DNA of 54,523 nt, filler included, from Trypethelium eluteriae (GCA_051942245.1; 4 parts of 4 records of this genome joined end to end with filler, not necessarily neighbours in it), one strand, 5' to 3'; positions 36,422 to 49,679 are shown, counted from the first letter of the whole stretch. The notes: generated by a model from the letters alone, not told the origin. Made by a program: numbers and translations.

Positions 36422-38689
36422 CTAATGCTGACCAGTAGCGCACTCTCGGCCGTGCTCTTCATCTTCCCGCAGAACCACTGCTTCTGTCAAATGCGATTTG
36501 CAACTCGCGAACTCGGACGACCACAGGCTAGATGAATCAGGGCTATGTGCAGCGCCTAACGAAGGCGATGGCTCAAATTCGATGCCCAGCGCGGCTTCGT
36601 CAAGAAACCAGTACTTTAGCACGAGTCTGCTCCAGTACTTCATTGAGGTTTTCGGATCATGCATCATGGAAAGGTGTATGTTTGCTTGTTCGGCGGAGGA
36701 TCCCAACGTGTGCAGCAGCCAACGGTTCACTCGATCGCGGCTTCCAGTCCACGTGCTGAGTAGTGAGTCGTTGTAGGATTGCAGCCTTATAGCAAAGTTT
36801 GCTGAAGATTCACGAAACTCATCCATGGACTTCTCGCCTAGCGTCCTTTCCCATTGTCGCAGGATGTTCTTCTCCTTCTCATTTGATGACTGAGGTTCAC
36901 GCCGCGCATCTGCAGCAGTAGTCTTCAAGATACCGGTCCTGATCATCTTGAGATCGATCCTTCGTTGCATCAGCATTGAGCGTGCTACGCTATTTATCGT
37001 CTCTCCGTGCTCCAGTGGCCAATTGGAAAGGACTAGGTTGAGGAGGTGAATTTCATCTTTGCATAGAGCAGCTAAACGCATTTGTGAAATGAGCTGAGCG
37101 AAGCTAAGGTCGTCATACGGTCCCCGAAGCAAGTAATTTACTATGGCGGATTTAGTCCGTGATGAAAAATGTTGATTAGATGGTGGCTTAAATGTGTCCC
37201 ATAGCTTCTCGAGTTTGGCCGTGGTAAAATTGAGCGAGGATGCCACTGCGCTGAACAAGGCTTTTGCAGAACCCGGCAGCTCAAATGCACATGCATTGTC
37301 TAAAGTAATGATCCATGCGCCTGACACGGAAGCCGCGTGGAAGTCCACCAGGTGTTGATAGAAGTCTTTCTTACTGGCATAAGTGTTCTGCTGATTGCAC
37401 TCACCGAACCGGTGTACCATTCGGAGATGTGACTGGCCGCGAACTCTCTGGCGGACCTTCGTATTTTCATGAATTTGCCAGCCCATCAGTGTTCCACAGT
37501 AAGCGCAGAGCAGCTTGCGATTGCTGCTATATAATGCCATTTCAAACGTTCTTAAAGCCCTACACGACCACAAAAATCGGTTGAAGTGTTTGACTTCTTC
37601 ATCGACTTGAACGTCAGCATTGAATTGGTATTGTCTTGTGTGGAATGTACTGGGGCTCTCTTCGTTGTGATGATCATGCTCGTCAAGGTGCCACCAGCTA
37701 TTATCCATTTCCTTGTCTGGGTCTTCTGCGAAACCATGCCTTTCTTCGGCCGGATTTGGGATATAATCGCTGTTATAATCAGTATCATCTATGGTAATGC
37801 CAAACGACAAGTCAAGCGCAACATACCGCGGCCTAATGTTAAGCATATCGATTGCTTTTCGCTCTCTAGAACCCAATCTGGGGCCAGGTCTTAAAATTCC
37901 AGTGCTCATGTTGCTCCCAGCAGAGAATGAAGTGGAGGACCCGGATGCGCTCTGATTTCGGGAAAGCCTTCCTCGCGGCGCCCAACACTCATCATGACCA
38001 GGAGAAACAACTTCGTTCGTGAGGGGATCTCTATTTCGATGACCTGAAAATCGTGACATTGAGCTGCAGACACTCTGCAAGCTTTCCATACTACCCTCAG
38101 AGTTACTGAGAATGGTCTGGGCCGTAGCGTCAAGGTTCCGCAGACATTGCAATACATTGCCAATGTTAGATGAATGAGATAGTCCTTCATCGACCTTTGC
38201 CTCAACTCTTTCGACAGTGCGGAAACCACGGATCTCTCTGGTGTTCGATAATATGAGCAAACTTGTACTTATCTCAATCCTTCTGCGGCTTATCTCCTGT
38301 CGAATATTAGATACCGACTCTTTATTCACAGCGACCCAAAACCTGCGGAACCATGAATTTGCGCCAGGACTGGAAGAGGGCCGAATATCCCTTGCAGTCT
38401 TGATCCAGCTAGATATATCACCGAGGCAGTCCTCTAATTGGATTTGTAGCGAGGCTATGTCCAATGAGCCATCTGCTTCCGTCGTTTCGTGTGCAATCGC
38501 CTCGAGTAGCACTTCTACATCCCGCAACGTTCACAGGAGGCTGTTGATGTCTTGCAAGAATGTCTCAATTGTCTTAGATGCCCCTTGAACACGCGCAATC
38601 AAACTTTTCAATGTCTCTGCTCCACTTACGCATTGGGCGACGAGGCTGAGGAGACCAGCGACGCTGGCAGCTGCAGCGATAGCTTCCAT
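36422..38689 (-). pseudogene. Gene with a HeLo-like (HeLL/SesA-type) N-terminus and a Cys/His Zn-finger-like region; one in-frame TGA at codon 53
   Basis: ATG 38689 gives MEAIAAAASVAGLLSLVAQCVSGAETLKSLIARVQGASKTIETFLQDINSLL*TLRDVE..., in frame with the 701-aa ORF. TGA at 38531-38533. Also CAYCG...HLRMVHRFGEC...FYQHLVDFH. Confidence 0.65.
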
Positions 38690-39931
38690 CACGGGGGGCA
38701 AAGCCGTGTGTACGTTACTCCAAGCGATTCAGTGAGCCGTGAGATTCAACGTCAATTGAGATGGCTACATCTTATTCATGGCGGGGCGATCCGCATGCCA
38801 TGGAAGCAGAGCTCTGATCAGTCGTGATAGTCGTGATAGTCGTGATGAATGCCACAAGGCTGGGAGATCAACCTCGAATATTACGCACCTGCATGATAGA
38901 ATAGCAGCCCCCGCAAATCCGCGGACATTTCTTACCATATTCTATCCGGCAGTGTCCGACATTCTTCTAAAGAAAACTTTTTTTGCATAAAACGTTTTGT
39001 TTCGAAATAGAAACCGACGCACCGATAATTTCGAATGATTCGCGGAAATGTACGGACCAGTGTAGAAGGTAGATGTTGATGCTACAAAAGCATGCGCCCA
39101 TACACCAAGGGCCAAGGGCAATGATTGCATGCAGCCCCTTGTTCGATAGACCAATAATCAATGAGATAGCCCGGCTTTATTTTTCTTCTTATCAACCATG
39201 ACGGGAAATCTCAAGTCGCGCGGAAATCAAGCGAGAGTTTTGCACAAAGATGCCTTTGCATGGCACGACCGGAAGCTCAGGTCGGCTAGTCAAGCTTCAA
39301 TTCTTACTAGCTTTTTGATCGATTGACTAAGAGCGACGTCGAGCGAAGAGATACAATATGGTTCAACCTAATTCTGATGATCGAAGTATTTAAATCAATT
39401 CTCCGTATTGTAGTTATAATAATCCGATTGCTTGAAATCCCTTACTCTTCGGGTTGGTGTTGAATGATGAAATGTCTGATTCTGACATCTCCGCCAACAA
39501 ACCTCAATAAAAGCTCAACAGCTCTATATGGCTTCTATCTCTAAGTAGATAATTTAGATCGAGTTGTTTCCGCTCTCGGCATCTAGATACAGAGTCTCGA
39601 AAATTTCAAGTATTCATTCACTGTATTGGGGAGGCGTTGGTGGTGACACAGTGAGAGGTGGCTTGTGTCACAGTCGGACATTTGGGTAATACCGACCCGG
39701 ACAGCCTAAGAATCTCGTAATTGGCGCGGCACTAGATCTTCGCCGAACTATGGTAACTTGTCCATCATTCTAGTACCTAAGTAGCCCCAAAGTACATCTC
39801 TAATCCTAGCCAGTAAGCTTGCGATTGCTGTTAAAAAGCCGACTATTATCAAAGTTGTTTCAGGTTGTTGACTTTCTCGCCTCCTCACTTCAAGGTCGCT
39901 CCTACCACAGAGGGTAGTGCGAACAGGACTA

Positions 39932-40892
39932 ATGGCGTCGAATGGAAGCTCCCCTCCCATGGGCCTCTCACTTTACGCCAGTTACATCAATGCTTCATCT
40001 GGAAGCGAGAAGCCAGGAACCATATCCGCTGCTCCCGTTACTTATAAGCCCAATGATGGGTCAAAACAGAGCGAGGCGGCCGGACGAAGTGGCATCAACA
40101 GCGGTATCTAAAAACATTGAAAGTCCGTTCTTTTAAATGATTGCCTTGCTAAGATTTGATTTGGTGCTTCCATAGCTTCACTCCAATTTCAACCGACAAA
40201 GAGACCTCAATTCCAGGCCCAGAGGCCGAAAGCAAAAGCGAAACCGTCAGCACCGCTAGGAGGACAGCATGCCACTGCCAAATCATCCTTAACACAGGCC
40301 AACCCAAGCATTCCTGCCATGCAGAATGTGAACAAGAGTACATTAGCAGACTGGGCGGCAGAGGACGAGATGGACTATTACGTGGAAGAGAAGCGCGAGA
40401 GAGGTGGTAAGAGAGCCAAAAGAAAGCGAGCCAAAAACCAGGCCACAAATCGGGAAACTGTTCCAAGAGACTGGGATGACATATACGATCTGTCAATGCC
40501 AACGCAGTATGAAGAGTTCAAGGGAAGTGACGAGCACTATCGTACCACTCGAGAATGGAAAGATCGCTTGTATGCTCATCGCAGAAAGAAACGCGTCACC
40601 GACAAAAACACGCGCAGCGATGTGATGGAAACAAAGTGTATGCACTCCCACCCTATCGCCATTCTGACGCTTATGCTTCAAAAGCCCAAATCGCTCCTCC
40701 CAACTTCTCCTTCGCCCCACCCAAGAACTTCGATTCGGTCGAAACGACTTCACCGCCGCCGCCTCCTCCTCCTACCAACATTCCAGACGACGCAACAGGT
40801 GAGGATGCTTATACAAAACGCATGCGCTTGAGCCAGCAGCAGCAGGGAGCTCCTGCCACCGATATCCTTCCCACCCCACCTCCCTTCGGAGC
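39932..40892 (+). CDS. Splicing factor SPF45/RBM17 (DRT111-like), 5' part; cut by contig end
   Basis: LSLYA...PGTISAAPV, intron, ASLQFQPTKRPQ...KSTLADWAAE...RERGGKR...WDDIYD...YEEFKGSDE...EWKDRLYAHR...FSFAPP. The G-patch and UHM domains would lie beyond the contig end. Confidence 0.8.
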
Positions 40893-40992
40893 NNNNNNNN
40901 NNNNNNNNNNNNNNNNNNNNNNNNNNNNNNNNNNNNTTAATTAATTAANNNNNNNNNNNNNNNNNNNNNNNNNNNNNNNNNNNNNNNNNNNN
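40893..40992. other. Artificial contig linker
   Basis: 44 N + TTAATTAATTAA + 44 N. Confidence 0.98.
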
Positions 40993-42450
40993 CCCCCCAT
41001 CCTTGCCCCGTCCTTTCCCTTCCGGTCGATATCCCACGCAGTCTCAAATCTATCAGCTGAAGCCCGTGCAGAACAATCTGCTCAACTTGAATCTCATCAT
41101 TGACCAATAGGTGAATAATCAATGCGATGGTACGGAGTACTACTTCTTTTTGTTTCTCTCAACCGTACCCGTATCAAAAAGGGGCACCCTTGACCTTGAG
41201 CTCATGAAATGCGATTACATCATTGATCCCATGTTTGGTACGCAATAATATTATTATGAGCTGAGCAGCTAGGCACCGAAACGTTGTCGATCCTTGGTGC
41301 TCTAGTGCTCTGGTGCTCTCACCCTCTGGTGCTCTTATGCGCGGGCCGCTCCTTGTCGTCTTATCCCGCATACGAGAACCAAATTGGATTTGGTCTGGGA
41401 TTGTGTATGGAGTATTAGCTAAAGTTCTGGAGTATAACCTAACTTTAAGACGTACGATTCGGTGATTCGATTGCAAAGCAATGTCGTATCGCATCGATGG
41501 TGTCGAGATGCGTCACCAGTGACGAGCGCATGTGCTGTTGAACCAGGAGAAACTACTTAACTTGTTAAGATTGCTTTCATTCTATGACTGTGTTGGTTTG
41601 GTATGTTCTGCGCACTCTGTAAACTTTATGCTCCACAAACAATGTCCACTGATCCTTGCCTTGGCCTACGGAGTATCGAAATGATAATCACAAGCGCATT
41701 GCTACTGGTATAGGGGCAAGCGAATCCTTTTCTTACCAGATCACCACGAAATCGCAACGTATAATATCTGTTCTCCTGGTATCCAATCTCATCAACTATC
41801 ATCAATAGATTTGAGTTTTATTCCTTCAAATTGTTGATCATGACCCAACGCCAAAACAGTGGTTGCCAAATGAATCGCCCTACGCTTCTTGATGGCCGCT
41901 ATCTGGAATGGTGACCCAGTCCCGTGTTACTGCTTGAGACTAGCAGAGGCATCCCTTTCGACGAGCGGACGAGCCAGCGGACGAGCCAGGGGGAGAATCG
42001 GACAGAGTTTCATTACCAGGTGATGGTACGGAGTACTCCGTATTGTGAACGTACTGTCAGGTTTTGCTTTTCAGGTCTGGCGGTCAGAAGGTGACAAGGG
42101 ATTGTTGCACGGCAGAGATTTTTTATTACTTCACATGCAATATGCTTGCTTGGGATGACCTTTGTGAACAATTGATTCGATGAAAGGCTTGTTTCTGCAC
42201 GAGACGGGTCAGTGAGACGCTAAAGGCGCCTCAATATAACTAATTTCACTGGTTGGATCTTACAGGGTGCCGTTTCCAGGAAATCTGACACCCGCATACA
42301 ACATCAATCATGTGACTTTCATGAAGCTGATTGGGTATAGCAAATAGTACAGTGATACGGAGTACAAACAATGAGATGTTTTTGGCCTCTGACGAATGAG
42401 CATGAGCATGAGCATCTTTCGGATTCTTCGAATCACACAAGAGAGCCTTC

Positions 42451-43875
42451 TCAAGTCAGGAAGTCGACCGAGCTCCTCCATGTACTCTCTCCCTCTTTTC
42501 TAAATTCTACTCCCTCTCCAAAGTAACCCGCCTCCTGCCAAGATACCATTGTCATACCATTATACGTTCCATGTGTCTCCCCACCATCTCGAGCGTCCGA
42601 CCAACGATATTGCCATTGATTCCCTTGACTTGGTTCTGATCCCAGTCCCGGTCCCGATCCCGACTCATTCCCATTCTCCGGCTGCTTCCAATCCTCACCC
42701 GTCTCCCTTGCGTATTGTCGCATGAGTAACTCACGTTCAGCTTCGTACACATCCGGTTGTCCCCGCGAATAGAGTTGATCTGCTGCTCCTGTCACTGCTT
42801 CGACAATTTCTTTACGCCTCATCTCCGCTATATCTCCGGTAGATCCATCAGTACCGACATCCATATCATCATCATTTTGGCGCTTATTCTTTTGCCATTT
42901 GGATTTTTGTCTCCCCTTGCCCTTGTTCAAGCGAGCCAGAGTTTCCAATACCGTCTCTCCAGTTTCCATGTATACTATCAATGTGTTTAGTATGTCGCTA
43001 GTGAGAATGGCATCGTCTGCAACATTTTGCTTTTTTCGATCCTCTTCACGCTTTTCTTGTGCTTCCTTGGCTCGTTTCATGTCCTTTTTAGATAGACCAT
43101 CCAACCAGGAGTCATGTACGGCATCTGGATCTGTAGCCTTGCGTACATAGTTACCACTTTCATCAAATCGTCCTTCCTCTCCTTCTTGTTTCATATTGAA
43201 GGCGTCCAATTTGGGTGCATGCCTCTTTTTTGCTCCCGCACCCAATTCCTCGTCGATATCCTCCCCAACATGATCGCGCTCTTCATCTCCACCCGACTCA
43301 CTACTACTCTCTACCTCAGCATCTCGTTCCGTCACCCTACTCTCTAACGTGAAGTCTGCCGAGACATGCCCACCGGATTTACTATTCGTGACCTGTCCTT
43401 CAATTTCTGTTTCATCCAGGAACCTCACTCCCTTTTTTGGTTTCTTGCCCTCTTGAGCCAAATCCTCGTCGTTGTCGCCATCGGCTTGCTCATCAAGATC
43501 CGCAAACATGTCGTTTTCCTCTTCATCTTTTGAAGGACCTGTTGTCTGGCCAAGCCCATCATGCCTCTTTCCGTCTTTGACCAGCTGAGCTTTGGCATTC
43601 GCTCGTGCGTCAAAATTCTCATTTGAGCTATCGGACTCATAGCCGTCTAGATTAACAGCATTTCGTTTGGTTTGTGCGCCGCCTTTGCCAATTTCATCGA
43701 GTTCCAGAATTGTATCTTCTTCTGGAGCGTCTGGCGCTAGTGTAGAAGGATTCCGATAGTCGAATCGAGGCTTTTTGGATGAAGGCCCTTCTAAATCATG
43801 GGTATGATTTCGGGCAAATTCCTCGCCGCTTCGTTTTGGACGAGGTGCTGCGATTGTATGACGTCCGGTCTGCAT
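42451..43875 (-). CDS. LIN1: U5 snRNP GYF-domain protein Lin1/Snu40/CD2BP2
   Basis: Acidic protein with LDAFNMKQEGEEGRFDESGNYV, DSWLDG, GETVLETLARL and a C-terminal GYF domain (QWQYRW...GTYNGMTMVSWQEAGYF). Confidence 0.88.
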   Translation of the reverse strand: MQTGRHTIAAPRPKRSGEEFARNHTHDLEGPSSKKPRFDYRNPSTLAPDAPEEDTILELDEIGKGGAQTKRNAVNLDGYESDSSNENFDARANAKAQLVKDGKRHDGLGQTTGPSKDEEENDMFADLDEQADGDNDEDLAQEGKKPKKGVRFLDETEIEGQVTNSKSGGHVSADFTLESRVTERDAEVESSSESGGDEERDHVGEDIDEELGAGAKKRHAPKLDAFNMKQEGEEGRFDESGNYVRKATDPDAVHDSWLDGLSKKDMKRAKEAQEKREEDRKKQNVADDAILTSDILNTLIVYMETGETVLETLARLNKGKGRQKSKWQKNKRQNDDDMDVGTDGSTGDIAEMRRKEIVEAVTGAADQLYSRGQPDVYEAERELLMRQYARETGEDWKQPENGNESGSGPGLGSEPSQGNQWQYRWSDARDGGETHGTYNGMTMVSWQEAGYFGEGVEFRKEGESTWRSSVDFLT

Positions 43876-44470
43876 CTCTCTTGATTGTCTCACATCAGCA
43901 ACTCACTCCGATTTTTTCGGTAGAGGAAGAGAGGTCGCGCAAGTTTCGCAAAAAATGAGTTGTGTAGAGTGGCAGGGTGTGCAGTGTGCAGTGTGCAGTG
44001 TGCAGTGAGAAGGAGAAGGGCAGGCGGAGGTTCGGGGGTGTGCTTCGTACCTAAGGTACGGAGTACGGAGAGGTACGCCGCATCTAATAACTACATGAAC
44101 CGCAAGGCCAAGGTGATTCCTTCTACCTCAAAATCTTGTCAAATACCTTTTCGAGCTGGATCCAGGTAAGATAGAAAGCCTGAGAGGTTTCTATCAATTA
44201 TACCACTGTTAAGCCTTTGCCTGGCTTCTTGCTCGTCTTTTGCATGATTACTCCGTACCCGCGCCACCGAGACTGAGACCTGCGTCATCGCCGCCTCGAA
44301 GGCCCCATACTCTTGATACCATCCTCGAAAGCTTCACTCAGCACTCGACAACCTCTACCTCAATTATACCGCCGTACCTCTTGGTACAAAGGACTCCCTT
44401 CGTTTTAGCGTTTCTTTTTACGTTATTCCAGGGCTAGGTCTAGCGGTATACCAAGTGCAGTCTCGAAAAT

Positions 44471-45746
44471 ATGGTATCTACATACCCACTCAATCTGCCC
44501 CGCCATGATTGTCATCTCACTAAAAAGCTTTACAGCAGTACAACGCCGGCTTCTATGATGAAGATGATCCTATGGCCATGTATCAAGCTGCCATGTTACG
44601 ACGTGGTGGACCACCTCCTCGACGTTTCGATGAATACTATCGCTGCTATCCCGTCGCTATGATGCCCGGGCCTGATCGTGAGGATGCCAATCATGGTGGT
44701 AAAGTCTTTTTACCTGCCAGTGCTTTGGATAAACTCACTCGATTACACATCACATACCCGATGCTCTTTGAGCTTGTCAACGGCGCCAAGGAAAGAACTA
44801 CACATGCTGGTGTTTTGGAATTTATTGCAGAGGAAGGAAAGATCTATCTACCGCACTGGGTATGACATTTTGCTTTTGAGTTTCTCTCATCGTTTTCTCC
44901 GATCTCTGATAATACTGACTGAAATCTCTCCCGCAGCTCATGCAAACTCTGGTCCTCGAACCTGGTGATCTTTTACAAGTCAAGTCTACTGATTTGCCTC
45001 TGGGAAGTTTTATCAAACTTCAACCTCAAGATTCATCCTTTCTTGAGATTTCAGATCCAAAAGCTGTTCTCGAAAATGCCTTTCGAAACTTTTCTTGCCT
45101 AACCAAAGGCGACATTTTCACATTTGCATACAATGATTCAGTCTATTCTATTGCAGTGCTTGAAGTCAAACCCGATGATCCACAAAAGCATGCTATCTGT
45201 ACACTTGAAACAGATCTTTCGGTTGATTTCGCACCACCCATAGGATATGAAGAACCATCAAGAACGGGAACCAGTACTCCATCGAGTGCTGCTGGCAAGT
45301 CTGGTGGCAAATTAGCACCTGGTCATATCCAGCCTCATGGCACTATGGCTCAAGCAATCAACTATGCTGCCATTGCTCCATCTTCGGACTCTGCTGTTGT
45401 TGGTGCTCGGGCAACCTTGTCCAATTTTGTATCTCAGGGTCATCGTTTGACGGCGAAAAAAGGGGCTGCGGGGAAAGCACCGACACCGAAACCATCAACA
45501 CCTGTACAAGGTGCATCAACAAATGCATCCACTGCTTCAAGTTCAAGGCGAGAAAATGGTCCTCAACCGTTGAGACTACCACCAGGCAAGTTATTCTTTG
45601 GATATGAAGTCAAACCTGTCAAAGGAAAGGGAGGTGGTGAGGATGGGGATGAAAGTGCGGCCAAATTTCAAGGTCAGGGTCAATCTTTACGGAAAAAGAA
45701 GGCCAACGATTCCGGTTCAGCTTCAGGAACGTCCACACCGAGGTGA
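44471..45746 (+). CDS. UFD1: Ubiquitin fusion degradation protein 1; first exon is the ATG alone
   Basis: FDEYYRCYP...GGKVFLPASALDKLTRLHITYPMLFEL...THAGVLEFIAEEGKIYLPHW, intron, LMQTL...FLEISDPKAVLENAFRNFSCLT...VDFAPPIGY; C-terminal SHP-like FQGQGQSL. Confidence 0.97.
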
Positions 45747-46872
45747 ATTACTGTGGGTCCGTCTAATATTCAGCCAGTGTGGTCCTGATGGTTCCGATGG
45801 GTTGGTGTGTCGGTTGAATGGACGGATAAGTGGACGGTTGTCAGACCATTCCCATCCTAGCACGCCACGTCATCTCCGGCCCATTCATTCCATCCATTCA
45901 CAACCTAGATTACCCTGCAGCCATTCCCACGGTCTTTTAGCCCGTCTTCATGCTGATTTCTTTACCTAAGAGTATCCTGGGAGCTGAAATTCTACCTGAA
46001 ATCTCCAACAAATGTGGCCACATGTCCTCCCAGTTACTTTGAAATCGATCCTGTTGCTCTTTCAGTCTTTTTCGGTGGATTAAGCACGGCGTTTGGCACT
46101 TTGACGCATAGGACAATGATATGGAGTGCGGAGTAATGATCTTGGTGAAATATGAAATACTCCATACAAAGTACAACTGAACTCCATTTCTCCATATCTT
46201 TTTGGAAATGTAAAGCTAGATGAAGTCTGCTAGCCTTTGAGTATATTTTTAAATGGATATATGAAGCATCTCGAGAACATCTAGTATGTGGTGTTGTGAT
46301 GTGAGGCATTGTGGATTAATTGTGTATTTAAATTGCATTTGGAAAAAACACCGAAAATAATAACCACAACAAGTATCGCACAAGCTTGAGATGATATCAT
46401 AGTGAACAATGATGATATCTTTCAGAAAAAAGAAATCAACCTTCCTACTTATGCTATTCATGTCTAGTACATCTTCGTTTGGTTTCTCCAATTGGGGAAT
46501 TGTGAACAGGTGATTAGCCTGGGCCCATTCGGTAGAGCAATGGGAGCAAGCTTTTTGGCCATCAAAATATACCCTGTGCTCATGAATGCGTTCGATATTC
46601 GGAGAACGTTGAGATGCGAATATATAATTTATGGGCTCTTACAATCTGATGTAATATTCATCTGTGGAGACAGACGTTGTGAGGCTACTCTAGCAGAGCT
46701 GGGGGCCTCTTGAGTGGTGTGAGTAGTCAACTTGGCTATGTCAAGTTGTGAACAAATATACTTCGTACATGCTCAACAAAGCTCGAACAGACCAATGAAT
46801 TAATCGTAAACTCATGGAATCGTCAAATACATGGAGCGCTTGACTATGCTAAGATTTCTACTCATATATCAC

Positions 46873-49446
46873 TCAACCCATCCGCCTTTTCTTTGGAGGA
46901 CCTTCATTCCTTGATTGGATGACCCCTCTGTCCTCATTTGCTCCCTCATCAGTCATACCAGTCGCAGTAGGGCTCGTAGCTTCACTACTGACACTCTCGA
47001 CTATTCTTCCTCTCTCATCAAACTCCTGATTCGATACATTTCCCCCTTGAAGACCCTCGGAATATCCTGTATCATCACCAAGTCCGGAAGAATGTTCAGC
47101 GCCGAAATCAAACCCACTTGTGCCATCAAGACCATTGTCTCCAGTGCCACCGAAATCTAGGCCAAAATCTGGAGTATTGAAAAGATCATTTTCTTCTCCG
47201 ACATTACCAGTCAGTCCGACACCCATCTGATCACCGCCGGTAAAGTAATCGCCATTGTTGATGAAGTTATTGAGGTCCAATTCTGATGGTTGACCAAAAT
47301 CAGTGGTATTGCCGTCTCCTTCAGAGAACGCATTTCCATTGTGAAGACCTGGTATCGAACCTGTCGGACTCAGTGGTTGTAATCGATCGGCCAAGCTTTG
47401 AACTTTGGCATCCTGTTCTTGCTGTAATCGCTGCAACATATCAAGTTGTTGCTGGTTTGCGGCAAATTTGTCGAGCGAGGGCATTGGTGGTGGATTCGGA
47501 GTTGTGAGTGCATTGTTGGAGGTTGCTAGTCCATTTGATGATCGAGCAGCGTAATCATTGTGGATACCACCACCTTGTTGTTCCTTTGCCATCAATGCTA
47601 GCATGTTGTCACGTTCCTGTGGTGTGAGAGGTGTATTGCCGTTGGCCGATTGATAAGCAGACAGTGCTGCTGGAAAATCGAATGAGGCAGTGCTTTGCAG
47701 AGATGGGTCATTGGCAGGAGATGCAGCTGCAGATGCATTGGCATCCTTGATCAGTGCCATGATATCGTTGGCCGATGCATCAGTAGTAGTAGACGGATTC
47801 GATTGACCGCTTTTATTAGCTGATACCTGTCCTTGGAATGGAAGATGCTGCTGAGATTGTGATGGGATCGATCTTCCAGAACCAAATCTTTCGTCAGAAG
47901 CTCCATTCGAAAAATTCTGGGGTGTGGTCCCTAAAGGACCTGGATCGGGGGATTCTGTCGTGATTCGGGATGCTGGTGATGATGATAAATTTTCCGTTGG
48001 TGGCGGAAGTAGTAATTGAGGTCTTCGAGCGGCTCTCTGGAGTTGATTGGAGGTGTTGGTATCACTTTCTTTATAATCGCCCATGTCTTCTACAGTGCCT
48101 CGCTGCTGATTGTTTTGAGGTATGGCGTTGGCAAACATGCTCGCGAGATTTTGAGGTCCCATCCCTTCAATGTTGCGATTATAAAAGGTGGCCAGAAATG
48201 TCAAGATGGCACTAATGGAATTTTCATGTCGATCATGTAATGCCTGGAATGCGGTCGCTTGTTGATATAACTGATGGTTTTGCTCGCGAACCTGAGTGAT
48301 GACCTTGGAAATGAATCTTTGTTGTCTCTGTAATGCCTGCAACTCTTGTCGTACACTTTGGAGTTCTGAGTTGGGTAGAGTCGCTAGTTCCTGTCCTTGA
48401 TCATGGTCGGTCGGCTCGGATGGCTTTACTTGACTGTCACCAATCCCACTGGGCTCTCCCGTCACTTTTTTATCTTCATCACTACTATCCCCTGCTGGCT
48501 TGCCTTTGATCTCTTCTCTTTTACGCTTTGGATGAGGAAGACCACTTTTGGGTTTGTGAATCAGCCAAAGCAATTCCGGTCTTCCTCGTTTGAAGTAGGG
48601 ATTGTAAAACTCGCTCGGATTCTTTGCCTTTTTTTCGCTGGCCCGCATGGAATTGTCAGATAAGCCAACCTTTTTGTGGAAACCGTACATGTTGAGTTGT
48701 CGTACAAAGGATGCGTATTTGTTGGATTTGAAGAGTTCTGGGATGAGTGTATTGGCGAATTCATCTTCATCTAACACAATGAATGAATTGCCATCGTCTG
48801 ACCAGCGAATCAAATCAGTATTGTTCGATTCATCGAGAAAACTAAAAACAATAAATGCCGTCAGTTGTTGTGGTTACGAGTGTGAAAGTGAGTGTGAAAG
48901 GAAGTGACGTCAACTTTACCTGCTCAGTTTTTGTACAAATGGAGGAATCGTCTTTCTTTTTGCCTGCGCATCTTTTTTGGCGGTGAGAGCCTTTTGCTCC
49001 AGATCTTCATCATCCGTACCCTCTTCCCAGGGAGTCGTCTGTGTTTGTGGATTACCACCGTCTTCCAACCATGCATCGTTATCGAACTGTCCCTCTCTTG
49101 ATACCAGCTGTTGATTTGGTGTCCGTCGTACGAGTTGATTCGACATGTTTTGAAATGGTTGTGTGGATGGAGTTGTCGTATTTAACGCGACTGGTCCATT
49201 TGATGTTGTCGCATAGGCATTATTACTGTATGGATTGGTTTCTGAGTATGATGCTACAGAAGAACCCAACATGCCTTGATCTCCCCAATCATTGTATTGT
49301 TCATGAGCGACTTGTGGAACATCTTGCATTACTGGGAATTGAAGTCCGGTTTGCGACGATTGAAGTCCGGTCTGTGAGGATTGCATAGAGGAGGGTGATG
49401 TTCCTGGAGCTGGTCGCTTTCTGTTTTGGGTATGCGACTGCATCAT
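46873..49446 (-). CDS. HSF1: Heat shock transcription factor; intron 48842-48919
   Basis: IPPFVQKLSSFLDE...LIRWSDDGNSFIVLDEDEFA..LIPELFKSNKYASFVRQLNMYGFHK (HSF DNA-binding domain), followed by a heptad coiled coil. Confidence 0.93.
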
Positions 49447-49679
49447 AGGGAAGGAGCGAGCCCAAACCAGACTACCCTTCACTTTTCAACCTCACTTCAA
49501 CCTCACTCGATATCTTTTTTTTTTCCTCTCCTATTCTTCCTTTTCACAAATCTTGAGGTTGTTCTATAGTAAAGTGGATGCGCAAAAAATTTCGGAGCCG
49601 ATTTGGTATTGACAAAGTGCTTGTCAGGCCTGCCAGGCCTAGGAATGATTCGCTACGAGGCCCAGAGCAGTGGTCAAAG

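Noticed and set aside
38820..45900. Short simple repeats (GTCGTGATA x3 at ~38821, GTGTGCA x4 at ~43977, CCAT/CCATT runs at ~45880)
   Set aside because: Ordinary microsatellites with no further structure.
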